A stretch of 63,942 nucleotides of DNA, the filler included, from an uncultured Acidimicrobiia bacterium (GTDB lineage: Bacteria > Actinomycetota > Acidimicrobiia > Spongiisociales > JAOTWH01): NCBI GenBank assembly GCA_964347285.1. It is 5 parts of 5 records of this genome, joined end to end, with 100 filler letters (N's around TTAATTAATTAA, not from the genome) between each part and the next. Parts side by side here need not be neighbours in the genome. Positions count along the whole stretch, not along the records: positions 1 to 16,333 come from CAYFYE010000059.1; 4 more parts are not named here. The stretch is one strand, 5' to 3'. Below the pieces are notes generated by a model, which was not told the DNA's origin, did no database searches, and saw only the letters and a list, made by a program, of their open reading frames with translations. Shown piece by piece: positions 1 to 10,200 of this stretch. Made by a program: the position numbers and the translations under genes. Positions within the stretch are counted from its first letter, which is position 1. The number at the start of each line of letters is the position of its first letter.

Positions 1-86
1 AGGACGATCGCATACAGCAAGATGGGCGACCGGGGACCCATCCGGATCTCTTTGCGCATGATCCGCCAGGCTCTGGTGGGATTCAC
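1..86 (-). CDS. ABC-2 transporter permease, N-terminal fragment (runs off window)
   Basis: GTG at 86 overlaps the stop of the upstream permease; reads MNPTRAWRIMRKEIRMGPRSPILLYAIV, a typical ABC-2 permease start. Confidence 0.7.
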   Translation of the reverse strand, partial: MNPTRAWRIMRKEIRMGPRSPILLYAIV

Positions 87-1183
87 AGCGTCTCGACCCT
101 CCTCTTGAGGATGAGCAGGCCGGCCGCATAGGCGGCGATCACCCATCCGGCCGTCAGCACCAGGTCGGGCAGAGTGTCCGACCATCCCTCCCCGTAGGAG
201 GTCACGCCGACGATCGCCTCCACGACCCCGTAGGTCGGGATCACTTTCACCCACGCCGAAGCACTGCCCGGGAAGAGTGCTCCGAAGGCGGGGATGGCCA
301 ACGGAACCAGGAACAGCATGCTCCAGAACACCACGGTGATGAAGTCGCGGCCCCTCGAACCGGCGATCAGTCCGAAGGCGGTCACCAGCAGCGCACCAAG
401 CAGCAGGGCCACCAGGAGAAGAGCGGTGCCCCGAGACAGCGAGCGGATGGCGAGCATCAGCAGGACCGCTTGCGAGAAGGCCAGCAGAGTCCCCACGATG
501 ACCTTGGCGGTCAGAAAATCGGACAGGCGGGCCGGCGTGGTCAGCAGGGCGGTGACCGTGCGTTCCTGGATCTCGGCGGCGATGAGCGTGGCCAGGGCGA
601 ACATCTCTACGAGAAGGACCAGGAAGGCCAGTAACGGCCGCATCTTGTCACGCAACGGCACCTGGTCGCCGGCACGATCGACCCCGAGGATCACCTCGTC
701 CTGGGCCAGGACCGTGACCGGAGGTTGATCGCCGGAGGCAACGAATGCGATCTCCCTGACGAAGCCGTCCATGGCGGCGCGCAGCTCGTTCGGGATTCCG
801 GCGGTCACCACCACCCGGACCGTGGTGGTTTGTCCGGCGGCCATCGTCGCCAGGAAATCTTCGGGGAACGACAGGCCCACGGCCACCCCTTCCGTGCCTT
901 CGTCGACCGCGGCCACCAACGCATCGTCGGAGTCGAACGGCACGATCTCGAGGCCGGTGCCTTCCGCCTCGGCGGCGAGATCGACCAGGCCCTCGATTCC
1001 CGGACCGTGCACCCCGAGCGTGATGGTCTCGTCTACCGAGTCGGGAAGCAGCCAGAACACCAGCACATAGAAGACCAGGCCCATGATCGAAACGACCAGA
1101 TAGAAGCGGTCCCGGGCGAACGCCATCAGATCCTTGCGGACGATCGCCGCCACGATGCCGGACCGAGAGACGTTCCCGTTCAC
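83..1183 (-). CDS. ABC-2 type transporter permease
   Basis: IVRKDL N-terminus, EIQERTVTALLTTP motif, multiple TM helices, coupled to ATPase gene. Confidence 0.9.
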   Translation of the reverse strand: MNGNVSRSGIVAAIVRKDLMAFARDRFYLVVSIMGLVFYVLVFWLLPDSVDETITLGVHGPGIEGLVDLAAEAEGTGLEIVPFDSDDALVAAVDEGTEGVAVGLSFPEDFLATMAAGQTTTVRVVVTAGIPNELRAAMDGFVREIAFVASGDQPPVTVLAQDEVILGVDRAGDQVPLRDKMRPLLAFLVLLVEMFALATLIAAEIQERTVTALLTTPARLSDFLTAKVIVGTLLAFSQAVLLMLAIRSLSRGTALLLVALLLGALLVTAFGLIAGSRGRDFITVVFWSMLFLVPLAIPAFGALFPGSASAWVKVIPTYGVVEAIVGVTSYGEGWSDTLPDLVLTAGWVIAAYAAGLLILKRRVETL

Positions 1184-2043
1184 TCGTCCAGCCCCCGGCC
1201 GGCGACCTTGATGAAGATGTCCTCCAACGTGGCTTCCTCGGTGTGAATGGTCATCAGGCCGGTGACGGCCACGGCCTCCTTGATGCGGTCGCCGGCCCGG
1301 GCGTCGTCGAGGGGTATCACCGCCTCTTTGATGTCGTCGCCGTCCCGGGCCCGCACCCGCACCGCCCGCTGTCCGTGGGCAAGTTTGAGGTTCTCAGGGG
1401 TGTCGATCGCCAGGATCTTGCCCTCGTTGATGAAGGCGACCCGATCGGACAACTTGTCGGCCTCCATCATGTCGTGGGTGGTGAGGAGCACTGCCACGCC
1501 GTGCTTGGCCTGATCGGCGATGACGGCGCGGATCGATTGTGCCGATACCGGATCGAGCCCGTCGGTGGGCTCGTCGAGGAAGAGGACCTCAGGGTCGTTG
1601 ACGAGGGTGCGGGCCACCATCAACCGCTGCCGCATGCCCTTGGAGAAACTCGACACCCGATCGTCGGCCCGGTCGATCAAGCCCACCCGGCGCAGCAGCG
1701 GACCGGCGTCGATCCTCTTGATGCCGAACAGCCGGGCGAAGAAGTCGAGATTCTCGCGGGCCGTCATGTTCTCGTAGAGGTTCTTCTCCTCGAAGCACAC
1801 GCCGATCCGGGCCTGGATGTCGGTGGTCCTCTCTCCGATGGGCAGGTCGAGAACCTGGACCGTCCCCGACTGAGGGGTGAGCTGGCCGGTGAGCATCTTG
1901 ATCGTCGTCGATTTGCCGGCGCCGTTGGGCCCCAGGAAACCGAGGATTTCCCCCCGGTGGACGGTGAAGCTGATGTCGTCGACGGCGAGCACGCCGTCGT
2001 AGGCGAAGCTGATGCCGCGCACGTCGATGGCGATATCGGTCAT
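1180..2043 (-). CDS. ABC transporter ATP-binding protein
   Basis: Walker A GPNGAGKST, signature FSKGMRQ, Walker B LFLDEPT, H-loop TTH. Confidence 0.95.
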   Translation of the reverse strand: MTDIAIDVRGISFAYDGVLAVDDISFTVHRGEILGFLGPNGAGKSTTIKMLTGQLTPQSGTVQVLDLPIGERTTDIQARIGVCFEEKNLYENMTARENLDFFARLFGIKRIDAGPLLRRVGLIDRADDRVSSFSKGMRQRLMVARTLVNDPEVLFLDEPTDGLDPVSAQSIRAVIADQAKHGVAVLLTTHDMMEADKLSDRVAFINEGKILAIDTPENLKLAHGQRAVRVRARDGDDIKEAVIPLDDARAGDRIKEAVAVTGLMTIHTEEATLEDIFIKVAGRGLDE

Positions 2044-2504
2044 CGGGGCTCCTTTCGGGCATGCCAGCGGGCCACGAGCTCCGGATATTCGGATTCCATG
2101 AAATCGAGCAGCTCGGCGAGATCGCTCAGCCTCCTCTGCCGGGCCGTGGGGGCGCCTCTCAGCAAGGCGATGCCGTCATCGGCCATCCGGCGGAAGCGGC
2201 GAATCCGCTCCAGGGTCTCGTCGAGGATCAGCTCCCACGCCTTGGGAGCGATCCTGAAGTAGGTGGAGCGGTCACGCGGAAATGTGATCCGCTCCACCAT
2301 CCCCAACTGCTCCAGCAGCCGGGTGTTAGTCGACACCGCCCCCGCACTCATGTGCAGCGCTTCGTGGAGCTGCTGCGACGACTGATGTGGGGGATCGCAG
2401 ACGAGCAGCCAGCCCAGGATCTTGCCCTGACCTCGGTTGCCTCCGCTCGACTCCCAGAAGCGGCCGAAGCCCTCGGCGTACTCGAGCGCCCCTTTGGGAT
2501 TCAT
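2040..2504 (-). CDS. GbsR/MarR-family transcriptional regulator
   Basis: GKILGWLLVCDPP...LHMSAGAVSTNTRLLEQLGMVER wHTH; ATG at 2504 chosen over ORF-track 2534. Confidence 0.85.
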   Translation of the reverse strand: MNPKGALEYAEGFGRFWESSGGNRGQGKILGWLLVCDPPHQSSQQLHEALHMSAGAVSTNTRLLEQLGMVERITFPRDRSTYFRIAPKAWELILDETLERIRRFRRMADDGIALLRGAPTARQRRLSDLAELLDFMESEYPELVARWHARKEPR

Positions 2505-2508
2505 TTTC

Positions 2509-2524
2509 TTCTGATCATACTGAA
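2509..2524 (-). promoter_or_regulatory. Putative -10 box (TATGAT) inside an imperfect inverted repeat, possible autoregulatory operator
   Basis: TTCAGTATGATCAGAA just upstream of the regulator ATG. Confidence 0.4.
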
Positions 2525-2603
2525 AGAACCGCACCGAACCGACGCAGTGACGAAAACCGTGGTTAGCCTGGTAGTGGTTGGCACGGGAGAGGGAGGTAAC
2601 CCC

Positions 2604-3029
2604 ATGAAACGTTCTTCACTTGCTCGACACCATCGTCACGTTGCCTGGGCGGCCGTGGTGGTGGCGATGGTGCTGATCGCCGCGGCGTGCGGCGACACTG
2701 CAGAGACCACCGAGGCGCCCGAGGCAACGGAGGCACCGGCGGCTACTGAAGCACCGGCGGCTACTGAAGCACCGGCCGAGACGGAAGCACCGGCCGAGAC
2801 GGAAGCACCGGCCGAGACGGAAGCACCGGCTACCACGGCGGCGCCGGCCACCGAAGCGCCGGCCGCCGGTCCGCCGGCGATCCCGGCCGATCACGCCGGT
2901 CGCACCGAATGCCTGGTGTGCCACGCCGGCGGAGTGGGCGGCGCACCGATGCCGCCCAGCGAGCCGGATCACTCCGGCTTCGAGGACAACCGCCAGACCT
3001 GCACGGGGTGTCACCAAGAGGCATCCTGA
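2604..3029 (+). CDS. Lipoprotein with Pro/Ala/Thr/Glu spacer and small diheme cytochrome c domain (NapB-like)
   Basis: RBS GGAGG, lipobox IAAAC, TEAPA repeats, CLVCH and CTGCH heme motifs each preceded by a His (PADH, PDH). Confidence 0.8.
   Translation: MKRSSLARHHRHVAWAAVVVAMVLIAAACGDTAETTEAPEATEAPAATEAPAATEAPAETEAPAETEAPAETEAPATTAAPATEAPAAGPPAIPADHAGRTECLVCHAGGVGGAPMPPSEPDHSGFEDNRQTCTGCHQEAS
2709..2862 (+). repeat. In-frame 18-bp tandem repeat encoding TEAPA(A/E)
   Basis: gaagcaccggccgagacg x3 and gcaccggcggctactgaa x2 plus degenerate copies. Confidence 0.9.
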
Positions 3030-3074
3030 CCAGACGGGAGCGCTAGAACACCGTCATGGGGCGGTATGCCCTTG

Positions 3075-3350
3075 CTAGAGGTGGCCGTTCCGTTCCAGCC
3101 AACGCGGAGAGAAGAAACCCGGGAACGGCGGCACGAAGAACGAGGCCGGGCGATAGGTCACGGTCACCGCGAACGCGGTGTTCTGGTCGACTCCGGCTCC
3201 CACCAGCCCGGCGGTGAGGACTGCCGCCGAGACGCCCACCCCGCCCGGAGTCGGAGCGGCTCCCGACAGAAGGGCGTTGCCCACGACGATCACCAGGGCC
3301 GTGGTCAGTGATATGCGAGAGCCGAACGCAAGCACCCCGTAAGAGGTGTC
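3075..3350 (-). pseudogene. C-terminal remnant of lysylphosphatidylglycerol-synthase-like (UPF0104) membrane protein
   Basis: APTPGGVGV..A.LTAGL..AG...A.AVTVTYR..SFF.P..PG motif; N-terminal part missing. Confidence 0.6.
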
Positions 3351-3442
3351 CGGGGAGGAGGTCGCCGCAGCGCGCACCTTGACTAGCTGCCCGGCCGCCG
3401 TAGAGTGCGCCACTCGGCCATCGGAGCTCTCAAGGGGGATCC

Positions 3443-5725
3443 ATGAGGCTCACCCCGGAAACTCTGGCCCGCGCTTCGAGTCGCCATCCGTGGCGCACCC
3501 TCGCCGTCTGGGTCATTGCTCTGGCGCTGGCCGGCGTCTCGGCGGCCGCCTTCCTGGGCGGGGTGCTCACCACCGAGTTCGACTTCACCGACGCCCCCGA
3601 GTCGAAACGGGCTCTCCAGCTGGTCGAGGAGAATCTGGGAGAGGAGCTGTTCACCGAGATCGTGATACTGACCTCGGAGGACCTCACCTTCGACGACCCC
3701 GCCTACCAGCGATACGTCGGCGAGGTGGCGGCGGCGATCTCCTCGCTGGGGCCGGACCGGGTTCTCTTCGGCGGGGGCGGCCCGGGCCAGACCCCGCCGG
3801 TGTCTGAGGACGGCCACACCACGCTGCTGCCGGTCACGATGGCCAACCCCGACCTCGACGATGCCTCGCGCGACGCCGTCCTGGTCAGAGAGACGGTGAG
3901 CGCTGTGCCCACCCCCGACGGTTTCGAAGTGCTCCTTGCGGGCCAGGGGACGCTCAACAACGACTTCCAGGAGCTCTCCGAGGAGACGCTGCGGAGGGGC
4001 GAGGCCTTCGGCGTCACCATCGCTCTCATCGTGCTGCTGGTAGTGATCGGAACGGTGGTCGCCGCCGTGCTCCCGATCCTCCTCGCCGCAGGCGCCATCA
4101 CTGCGGCCATGGGAACGGCCGCCGTCATCGGCCTCACCTTCGACCTGTCCTTCTTCGTCACCAACATGATCACGATGATCGGTCTGGCGGTGGGGATCGA
4201 CTACTCGCTCTTCATCGTGGCCCGCTATCGCGAGGAGCGGGTGCGCGGCCACGACAAGCTGGAGGCCATCGGCCGGTCCGGGGCCACGGCCAACCGGGCG
4301 GTCTTCTTCTCGGGGATGACCGTTGTGCTGGCCTTGCTGGGGATGCTCTTCGTGCCCAATACGCTCTTCCGCAGCCTGGCCGTCGGGGCCATCGTCGTCG
4401 TCATCTACTCGGTGGCCGCCTCGATGACGCTGCTTCCTGCCGTTGTGTCGCTGCTCGGCGACCGGATCAACAAGCTGCGGGTTCGTCGCCGCGAGTCCCT
4501 GGAAAACGTGGACAAAGTGGGCGGCTTCTGGGACAAGATGACCAACGCGGTCATGGCTCGCCCGCTCGTATGGCTGGCAGGCGGCGCCGGACTGATGGTG
4601 GTCCTGGCCTTGTCTTTCTTCAGCATCGAGACCGGGTTTGCCGGGGTGACCACCCTGCCCGGCGACATGGAGTCGAGCAAGGCCTTCGCCGTTCTGGATG
4701 CGGAATTTGCGGGTGGTCTCACCGAACCGGTGGACGTCGTGGTCAACTCGCCGGTCACCCCTCGAGTGGAGGCGGCCCTGGCCGACCTGCAGGCGTCGGT
4801 GGCAGCCGATGACCGCTTCGGCGCCTTCAACCCGGTCCGGTGCGCCCCCGGCGAGCAGCCCGGCCAGACCTGCTCGGTGCAGGTCAGCAGCGGAGGTGAC
4901 CTGGCGCTGTTCTCGTTCCCGCTGGCCGGCGACTTCCAGACCGATGAGGCCTACCGCGCCGTCGAGGACCTGCGCGCCGACCTGGTGCCGGCCGCTTTTG
5001 CCGGGGTGGATGCCGAGGTCGTCGTGGGCGGCTTCACCGCGTTCACCGTCGACTTCTTCGAGGATGTCGACGTCTTCACTCCGATCGTCTTCGTGTTCGT
5101 CCTCGGGTTGAGCTTCCTGCTGCTGACCGTCGTGTTCCGTTCGCTGGTGGTTCCGGTGAAAGCGATCATCCTCAACCTGCTTTCGGTCGGGGCCGCCTAC
5201 GGGATGGTGGTCCTCTACTTCCAGGATGGAGTGGGGCCGGCCTTCGTGAAGGACATCGCCGACTTCTTGGGATTCATCCAGGTCGAGGCCATCGAGGCTT
5301 GGCTGCCGCTGTTCCTGTTCTCGGTGCTGTTCGGCCTATCGATGGACTACCACGTGTTCCTGCTGACCCGGATACGGGAGCACTTCGACCGTTCCGGCGA
5401 CAACGCCGAGGCGGTGGCCCACGGGCTGCGCACCACCGGATCGATCATCACGGGGGCCGCCCTCATCATGGTGGCGGTGTTCGCCGGGTTTGCCGCCGGT
5501 GATCTGGTGCCGCTGCAGCAGATGGGCTTCGGACTGGCCGTGGCCGTGTTCTTGGACGCCACCGTGGTCCGCTCGATTCTGGTGCCCTCGACGATGCGCC
5601 TGCTGGGCAATCTCAACTGGTATCTGCCCAGATGGCTCGATTGGTTGCCGGAGCTCGACGTCGAGGGCCACGAAGCCGCCGCCCAGGCCCACGCCCGGGA
5701 GGCGGTCGGGGCGGCCCGGGACTGA
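3443..5725 (+). CDS. MMPL (RND) family transporter
   Basis: GLAVGIDYSLF and FGLSMDYHVF motifs, two repeated TM bundles. Confidence 0.95.
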   Translation: MRLTPETLARASSRHPWRTLAVWVIALALAGVSAAAFLGGVLTTEFDFTDAPESKRALQLVEENLGEELFTEIVILTSEDLTFDDPAYQRYVGEVAAAISSLGPDRVLFGGGGPGQTPPVSEDGHTTLLPVTMANPDLDDASRDAVLVRETVSAVPTPDGFEVLLAGQGTLNNDFQELSEETLRRGEAFGVTIALIVLLVVIGTVVAAVLPILLAAGAITAAMGTAAVIGLTFDLSFFVTNMITMIGLAVGIDYSLFIVARYREERVRGHDKLEAIGRSGATANRAVFFSGMTVVLALLGMLFVPNTLFRSLAVGAIVVVIYSVAASMTLLPAVVSLLGDRINKLRVRRRESLENVDKVGGFWDKMTNAVMARPLVWLAGGAGLMVVLALSFFSIETGFAGVTTLPGDMESSKAFAVLDAEFAGGLTEPVDVVVNSPVTPRVEAALADLQASVAADDRFGAFNPVRCAPGEQPGQTCSVQVSSGGDLALFSFPLAGDFQTDEAYRAVEDLRADLVPAAFAGVDAEVVVGGFTAFTVDFFEDVDVFTPIVFVFVLGLSFLLLTVVFRSLVVPVKAIILNLLSVGAAYGMVVLYFQDGVGPAFVKDIADFLGFIQVEAIEAWLPLFLFSVLFGLSMDYHVFLLTRIREHFDRSGDNAEAVAHGLRTTGSIITGAALIMVAVFAGFAAGDLVPLQQMGFGLAVAVFLDATVVRSILVPSTMRLLGNLNWYLPRWLDWLPELDVEGHEAAAQAHAREAVGAARD

Positions 5726-5741
5726 ACGCCTGCCGGTCGGC

Positions 5742-6332
5742 TCAGGCCGATTCATCCCGGCCGCGGGGCGCCATCCAACCCGCCATGGCCACCCCGGCCA
5801 GAGCACCAAAGAGATGGCCCTCCCAGGAGATCCCGGGCCGGGGAAGCAGCCCGATCAGCAACCCTCCTCCGTACAGGGCGAGCACTGCGACGGCAACCGC
5901 AATGGCCCGCAGGCTGCGCTCGAACCACGCCGCGCCGATCAAGTAGCCCACGTAGCCGAACACGACCCCGCTGGCCCCGATGTGATTGGCATTGCGGGCC
6001 AGCAGCCACGTCGCCAGTCCGCCGCCGACCACGATGCCCGCCGTCACCAGTGCCCAGGTGCGAAATCCCTGCAGCAGCACTAGACCTCCCAGCACGATCA
6101 GCGGCAGCGTGTTGGCCAGGAGATGGCGAAACCCGTCGTGGAGGAACGGGGCCCACAGCACTCCGTCCAATCCGTCCCAGGTGCGGGGGCGAATGCCCTG
6201 GCCCTCGAGGCGATCGTCGAGGACGACGACGTCGATGAGCTCGACGAGCCACAGGATCACAACGATGGCGGCCAGCAGCCATACAGCACGCTCCAGAGCG
6301 CGCCGCGGAGAGGGGGAGTCCTCGAGCGTCAT
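5742..6332 (-). CDS. Rhomboid family intramembrane serine protease
   Basis: PFLH..F.HL.ANT, HIGASG catalytic Ser, ISWEGHLFG catalytic His. Confidence 0.92.
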   Translation of the reverse strand: MTLEDSPSPRRALERAVWLLAAIVVILWLVELIDVVVLDDRLEGQGIRPRTWDGLDGVLWAPFLHDGFRHLLANTLPLIVLGGLVLLQGFRTWALVTAGIVVGGGLATWLLARNANHIGASGVVFGYVGYLIGAAWFERSLRAIAVAVAVLALYGGGLLIGLLPRPGISWEGHLFGALAGVAMAGWMAPRGRDESA

Positions 6333-6380
6333 CTCAGGAGGTTACGAGTCGAGCGCCGCGGGGCGCAGGAAAGAGCCTCG

Positions 6381-9074
6381 TCAGCGCACCTTGGGATCGG
6401 CCAGCTCGGGGTCGATCTGGTAGCGGTCGATGGCATCGGACACGACGTACGGCTCGACCCGGCCCAGCTCGGCGAGGCCGGAGAGCACCGCCACCACCAC
6501 GTGGGGTGCGTCGACCTCGAAGAAGCGACGAAGCTCTTCCCTGGTGCCGGAGCGGCCGAAGCCGTCGGTCCCCAGCGGGATGAACGGCTGGGGCACCCAA
6601 CGGGCCACTTGGTCGGGCACCATCTTCATGTAATCGGTCACCGCTACCACCGGTCCATCGTTGCGGGCCAACGTCCTGGTGACGAGCGGTACCCGCTTGC
6701 TCTCACCGGGGTGGAGGCGATTCCAGCGCTCGGTCGCCAGGGCCTCCTCGCGCAGTGCCTTGTAGCTGGTGGCGCTCCACAGCTCTGCTCCCACGCCGTA
6801 ATGCTCGGCCAGGTCGTCCCGGGCCCGCCGGGCGGCGTCGTGGGCCGTTCCCGAGAAGAGGACGGCGGCCGAGTGGTTCATGCCTTCGGGTGCCGGAGCC
6901 CAGCGATAGAGGCCTTCACAGATCCCGTCGTCGACCCCCTCGGGCTTGGGGGGCTGGGTGTAGTTCTCGTTGTAGAGGGTGAGGTAGTAGAAGACGTCCT
7001 CGCCGTCCTCGTACATGTGGCGGATGCCATGGTCGATGATCGCCGCGGCCTCGTAGGCGAAGGCGGGGTCGTAAGCCCGGCACACGGGCACGGTCGAGGC
7101 GAGCACGTGACTGTGCCCGTCCTGGTGCTGCAATCCCTCGCCGAGCAGGGTGGTGCGCCCGGCGGTGGCGCCGAGGAGGAAGCCGCGGGCCCGGGCGTCG
7201 GCCGCCGACCAGATGAGATCCCCCACCCGCTGGAATCCGAACATCGAATAGAAGATGTAGAAGGGGACCATCGGCACGCCCCTCGTGCTGTAGCTGGTGG
7301 CGGCGGCGATCCAGCCGGCGGTGGCCCCCGCCTCGGTGATCCCCTCCTCGAGGATCTGGCCGTCCTTGGCCTCCTGGTACGAGAGCAGGAGCTTGGCGTC
7401 GACCGGTTCGTACAGCTGACCCTCGGGAGCGTAGATCTTCAGCTCTTTGAAGAGGGCGTCCCACCCAAAGGTGCGCCCCTCATCGGGGATGATCGGCACG
7501 ACTCGCTCGCCGAAGTCGGGATCCCGGGCCAGGCCCCGCACCAGGCGGGTGAAGGCCATGGTGGTAGAGGCGGCTTGCTGACCGGAGCCGACGTACAGCT
7601 CTTCGAAGGCCTCCCGCCCCGGCATGGCCAGGGGAGCCCGCTCGGTGGTGGTTCTCCTGGGGAGGAACCCGTTGAGGGCCTTGCGCCGCTCGATGAGGTA
7701 CTGGTATTCGGGAGAATCCACCGGAGGCCGGTAGTAGGGAGGGTCTTCCCCGCCCAGCAGAGCCTCGTCGGGGATCTCGTTGCCGAGGTGAAGCCGGTCG
7801 CGCAATTGCATCAACTGCTCGTTGCTGAGCTTCTTGATCTGGTGGGTGGCGTTGCGGCCCTCGACGTCGGGTCCGAGCGTCCAGCCCTTGATGGTCTTGG
7901 CGAGGACGACGGTGGGGGCGCCTTCGAGCTCGGTGGCCGCCTTGTAGGCGGCGTAGATCTTGTGGGGGTCGAGGCCGCCGCGCCGTAACGCCCAGATCTC
8001 CTCGTCACTCATGTCGGCCACCAGGCCCTGGAGTCGGGGATCGGGCCCAAAGAAGTGCTCTCGCACGTAGGCGCCGTCTTCGGCCTTGTAGCGCTGGTAC
8101 TCGCCGTCGACCGTGCGGTTCATCTTGTCGACCAGCACGCCCTCGGTGTCGCGGGCCAGAAGCGGATCCCAGTTGGATCCCCAGATGACTTTGATGACGT
8201 TCCAGCCGGCTCCCCGGAACATTGCCTCGAGCTCCTGGATGATCTTGCCATTGCCCCGCACCGGTCCGTCCAGGCGCTGCAGGTTGCAGTTGACCACCCA
8301 GGTGAGGTTGTCGAGCCGCTCCCGGCCTGCCAGAGAGATCGATCCCAGCGTCTCCGGCTCGTCGCACTCGCCGTCTCCGAGAAAGCACCACACCCGGGAC
8401 TCGGAGGTGTCGTCGATGCCCCGGTTATGAAGGTACTTGTTGAACCGGGCCTGATAGATGGAATTGATGGGTCCCAGGCCCATCGACACGGTGGGGTACT
8501 CCCAAAAGCCCGGCATGAGCCGGGGGTGCGGGTAGCTGCTCAGACCGCCGCCGATCTCGCGCCGGAAGCGATCGAGGTCGGACTCGTCGAGTCGGCGCTC
8601 CAGAAAGGCCCGCGCATAGATGCCGGGAGAGGCGTGCCCCTGGAAGTACACGGCGTCGCCCGGCGTCCCGTCGTCCTTGCCGCGAAAGAAGTGGTTGAAC
8701 CCCACTTCGTAGAGCAGCGCCGAGGAGGCAAACGTGGAGAGGTGGCCGCCGATCGCATCTGCTTTGTGGTTGGCCTTGATGACCATCACCGCTGCGTTCC
8801 AGCGAATGAAGCGCCGGATGCGCTTCTCCAGGAACTGGTCGCCCGGGTAGTACGGCTCGGCCTCGGGGGGGATGGTGTTGATGTACGGGGTGGAGACGGT
8901 GACCGGAATACCAACGTCGCGTTCCTGACTCCGCTCCAGAAGCTTGGACATCAGGAACTTGGCCCGCTGCTTGCTGTCGAGGTCGATGACGCCGTCGAGG
9001 GAGTCCAGCCATTCCTGGGTCTCTTCGGGGTCGGGGTCGTGCAGCTGGTGGGTGTAACCGTCGCCGATCAGCAC
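6381..9074 (-). CDS. aceE: Pyruvate dehydrogenase E1 component, homodimeric type
   Basis: DPEETQEWLDSL, YFQGHASPG, PTVSMGLGP, GDGE..EPE TPP motif, GEGLQHQDG. Confidence 0.97.
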   Translation of the reverse strand: MLIGDGYTHQLHDPDPEETQEWLDSLDGVIDLDSKQRAKFLMSKLLERSQERDVGIPVTVSTPYINTIPPEAEPYYPGDQFLEKRIRRFIRWNAAVMVIKANHKADAIGGHLSTFASSALLYEVGFNHFFRGKDDGTPGDAVYFQGHASPGIYARAFLERRLDESDLDRFRREIGGGLSSYPHPRLMPGFWEYPTVSMGLGPINSIYQARFNKYLHNRGIDDTSESRVWCFLGDGECDEPETLGSISLAGRERLDNLTWVVNCNLQRLDGPVRGNGKIIQELEAMFRGAGWNVIKVIWGSNWDPLLARDTEGVLVDKMNRTVDGEYQRYKAEDGAYVREHFFGPDPRLQGLVADMSDEEIWALRRGGLDPHKIYAAYKAATELEGAPTVVLAKTIKGWTLGPDVEGRNATHQIKKLSNEQLMQLRDRLHLGNEIPDEALLGGEDPPYYRPPVDSPEYQYLIERRKALNGFLPRRTTTERAPLAMPGREAFEELYVGSGQQAASTTMAFTRLVRGLARDPDFGERVVPIIPDEGRTFGWDALFKELKIYAPEGQLYEPVDAKLLLSYQEAKDGQILEEGITEAGATAGWIAAATSYSTRGVPMVPFYIFYSMFGFQRVGDLIWSAADARARGFLLGATAGRTTLLGEGLQHQDGHSHVLASTVPVCRAYDPAFAYEAAAIIDHGIRHMYEDGEDVFYYLTLYNENYTQPPKPEGVDDGICEGLYRWAPAPEGMNHSAAVLFSGTAHDAARRARDDLAEHYGVGAELWSATSYKALREEALATERWNRLHPGESKRVPLVTRTLARNDGPVVAVTDYMKMVPDQVARWVPQPFIPLGTDGFGRSGTREELRRFFEVDAPHVVVAVLSGLAELGRVEPYVVSDAIDRYQIDPELADPKVR

Positions 9075-9149
9075 CGTGGGGCCTCCATTGCAGATGCCGA
9101 GCCTACCGGAGACGGTGTGATGTCCAAGAGGCTGGCCGGCACCGGCCGG

Positions 9150-9986
9150 TCAGGCGGCTCGTACCCGCCGAGCCACCGCAACGGCGCCGGCACCAAGGAA
9201 TGCCGCCCACAGCGGCCCCATAGCCCCGATACCGAACTGGCCGGCGGCGGCATATCCGAGGGCGATGGCCAGGCCGAGGAGGCGGGCGGCTCGCAGCCGG
9301 CTGCGGTGCAACCGTCGGCGGGTGTGGTCCCCCACCGACATCGGTGCCGGTGTCGCGACGACCAGGAAGGCGGCGCTCACCACACCCGCCGAACCGATCA
9401 GGAGACCACCGAGATCCGGGGCCTCGAACTCCGCCCATTGGCCGGCGAAGCCGAAGGCGAGCCCGCCGACGGCGAGCACGGCCGGAACCACCCAGCGGTG
9501 CCAGGTCGGGCCGGGGTCGGACAGCGCAGTATCCAGCGCCGCAGCCGCTGCCAGCGCCGCCACCGCCACCAGGCCGGTGGGCCGTGTGGCCATGTAGGCG
9601 GACGCCCCGACCAGCACGGCCAGATCGAGGGGTCGGGACGGAACGCCGGTGGGTCGAAGCGTGACTCGCATGGCAATGAGCGCCGCCACTACTGCGGCCA
9701 GCGCCGGGCGGCCCACCAAGAGCGCGAGCAACGCCAGCGGTGCTCCCAAGGCTGCAGAGCGCGGGTCGTCGGGATCAATTTCTCGGCCGAGCGCCCAGGC
9801 CAGGAAGACCGCCAGGCCGGCCCGCACCCCTCCGCCGAAGGCATCGGACAGCTCACCGGTGATGGCCGCCGCGATCCCTCCAACGACGGCGGCGATGGTC
9901 GAGACGGCAACCGCGTACCGATTCGAGGCGTGACGGAAATCGAGCAGCCGGGCCAGGCTGCTGATGCGGGCGATGGGATGAGGCAC
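9150..9986 (-). CDS. Hypothetical integral membrane protein
   Basis: Multi-TM ORF with FLAWALGREIDPD motif; start uncertain (GTG 9986). Confidence 0.7.
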   Translation of the reverse strand: MPHPIARISSLARLLDFRHASNRYAVAVSTIAAVVGGIAAAITGELSDAFGGGVRAGLAVFLAWALGREIDPDDPRSAALGAPLALLALLVGRPALAAVVAALIAMRVTLRPTGVPSRPLDLAVLVGASAYMATRPTGLVAVAALAAAAALDTALSDPGPTWHRWVVPAVLAVGGLAFGFAGQWAEFEAPDLGGLLIGSAGVVSAAFLVVATPAPMSVGDHTRRRLHRSRLRAARLLGLAIALGYAAAGQFGIGAMGPLWAAFLGAGAVAVARRVRAA

Positions 9987-10107
9987 CGGGGGACCGTACC
10001 GTGCCCGTCGCCGCTGTGGGCGCTCCGGCGCGGTGCAGGGGCCGTCTGTTCGCGCCCCGGGTGACCCGCCGCTACCGGCTGTGGTCCGGTGGCCGCAAAG
10101 CCGGGAC

Positions 10108-10200
10108 GTGACCACGTTCTTCATCGCCCTCGGAGTCCTCGAGGACTCCGGCTATCTGCCCCGCGTTGCCGTGTTCACCAACCGGGTGTTCCGGATGGTG
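10108..10200 (+). pseudogene. feoB: Short internal fragment of ferrous iron transporter FeoB
   Basis: FFIALGVLEDSGYLPRVAVFTNRVFR matches the conserved FeoB LEDSGY..R motif; no GTPase domain or rest of the gene. Confidence 0.65.

Noticed and set aside
2709..2862. Tandem repeats as a CRISPR array
   Set aside because: 18-bp in-frame coding repeats without unique spacers; no cas genes.
6123..10064. Long plus-strand ORFs (621 and 669 aa) opposite aceE, and similar ones such as 12217-14829
   Set aside because: Antisense shadow ORFs typical of high-GC DNA; the opposite strand carries recognisable genes.
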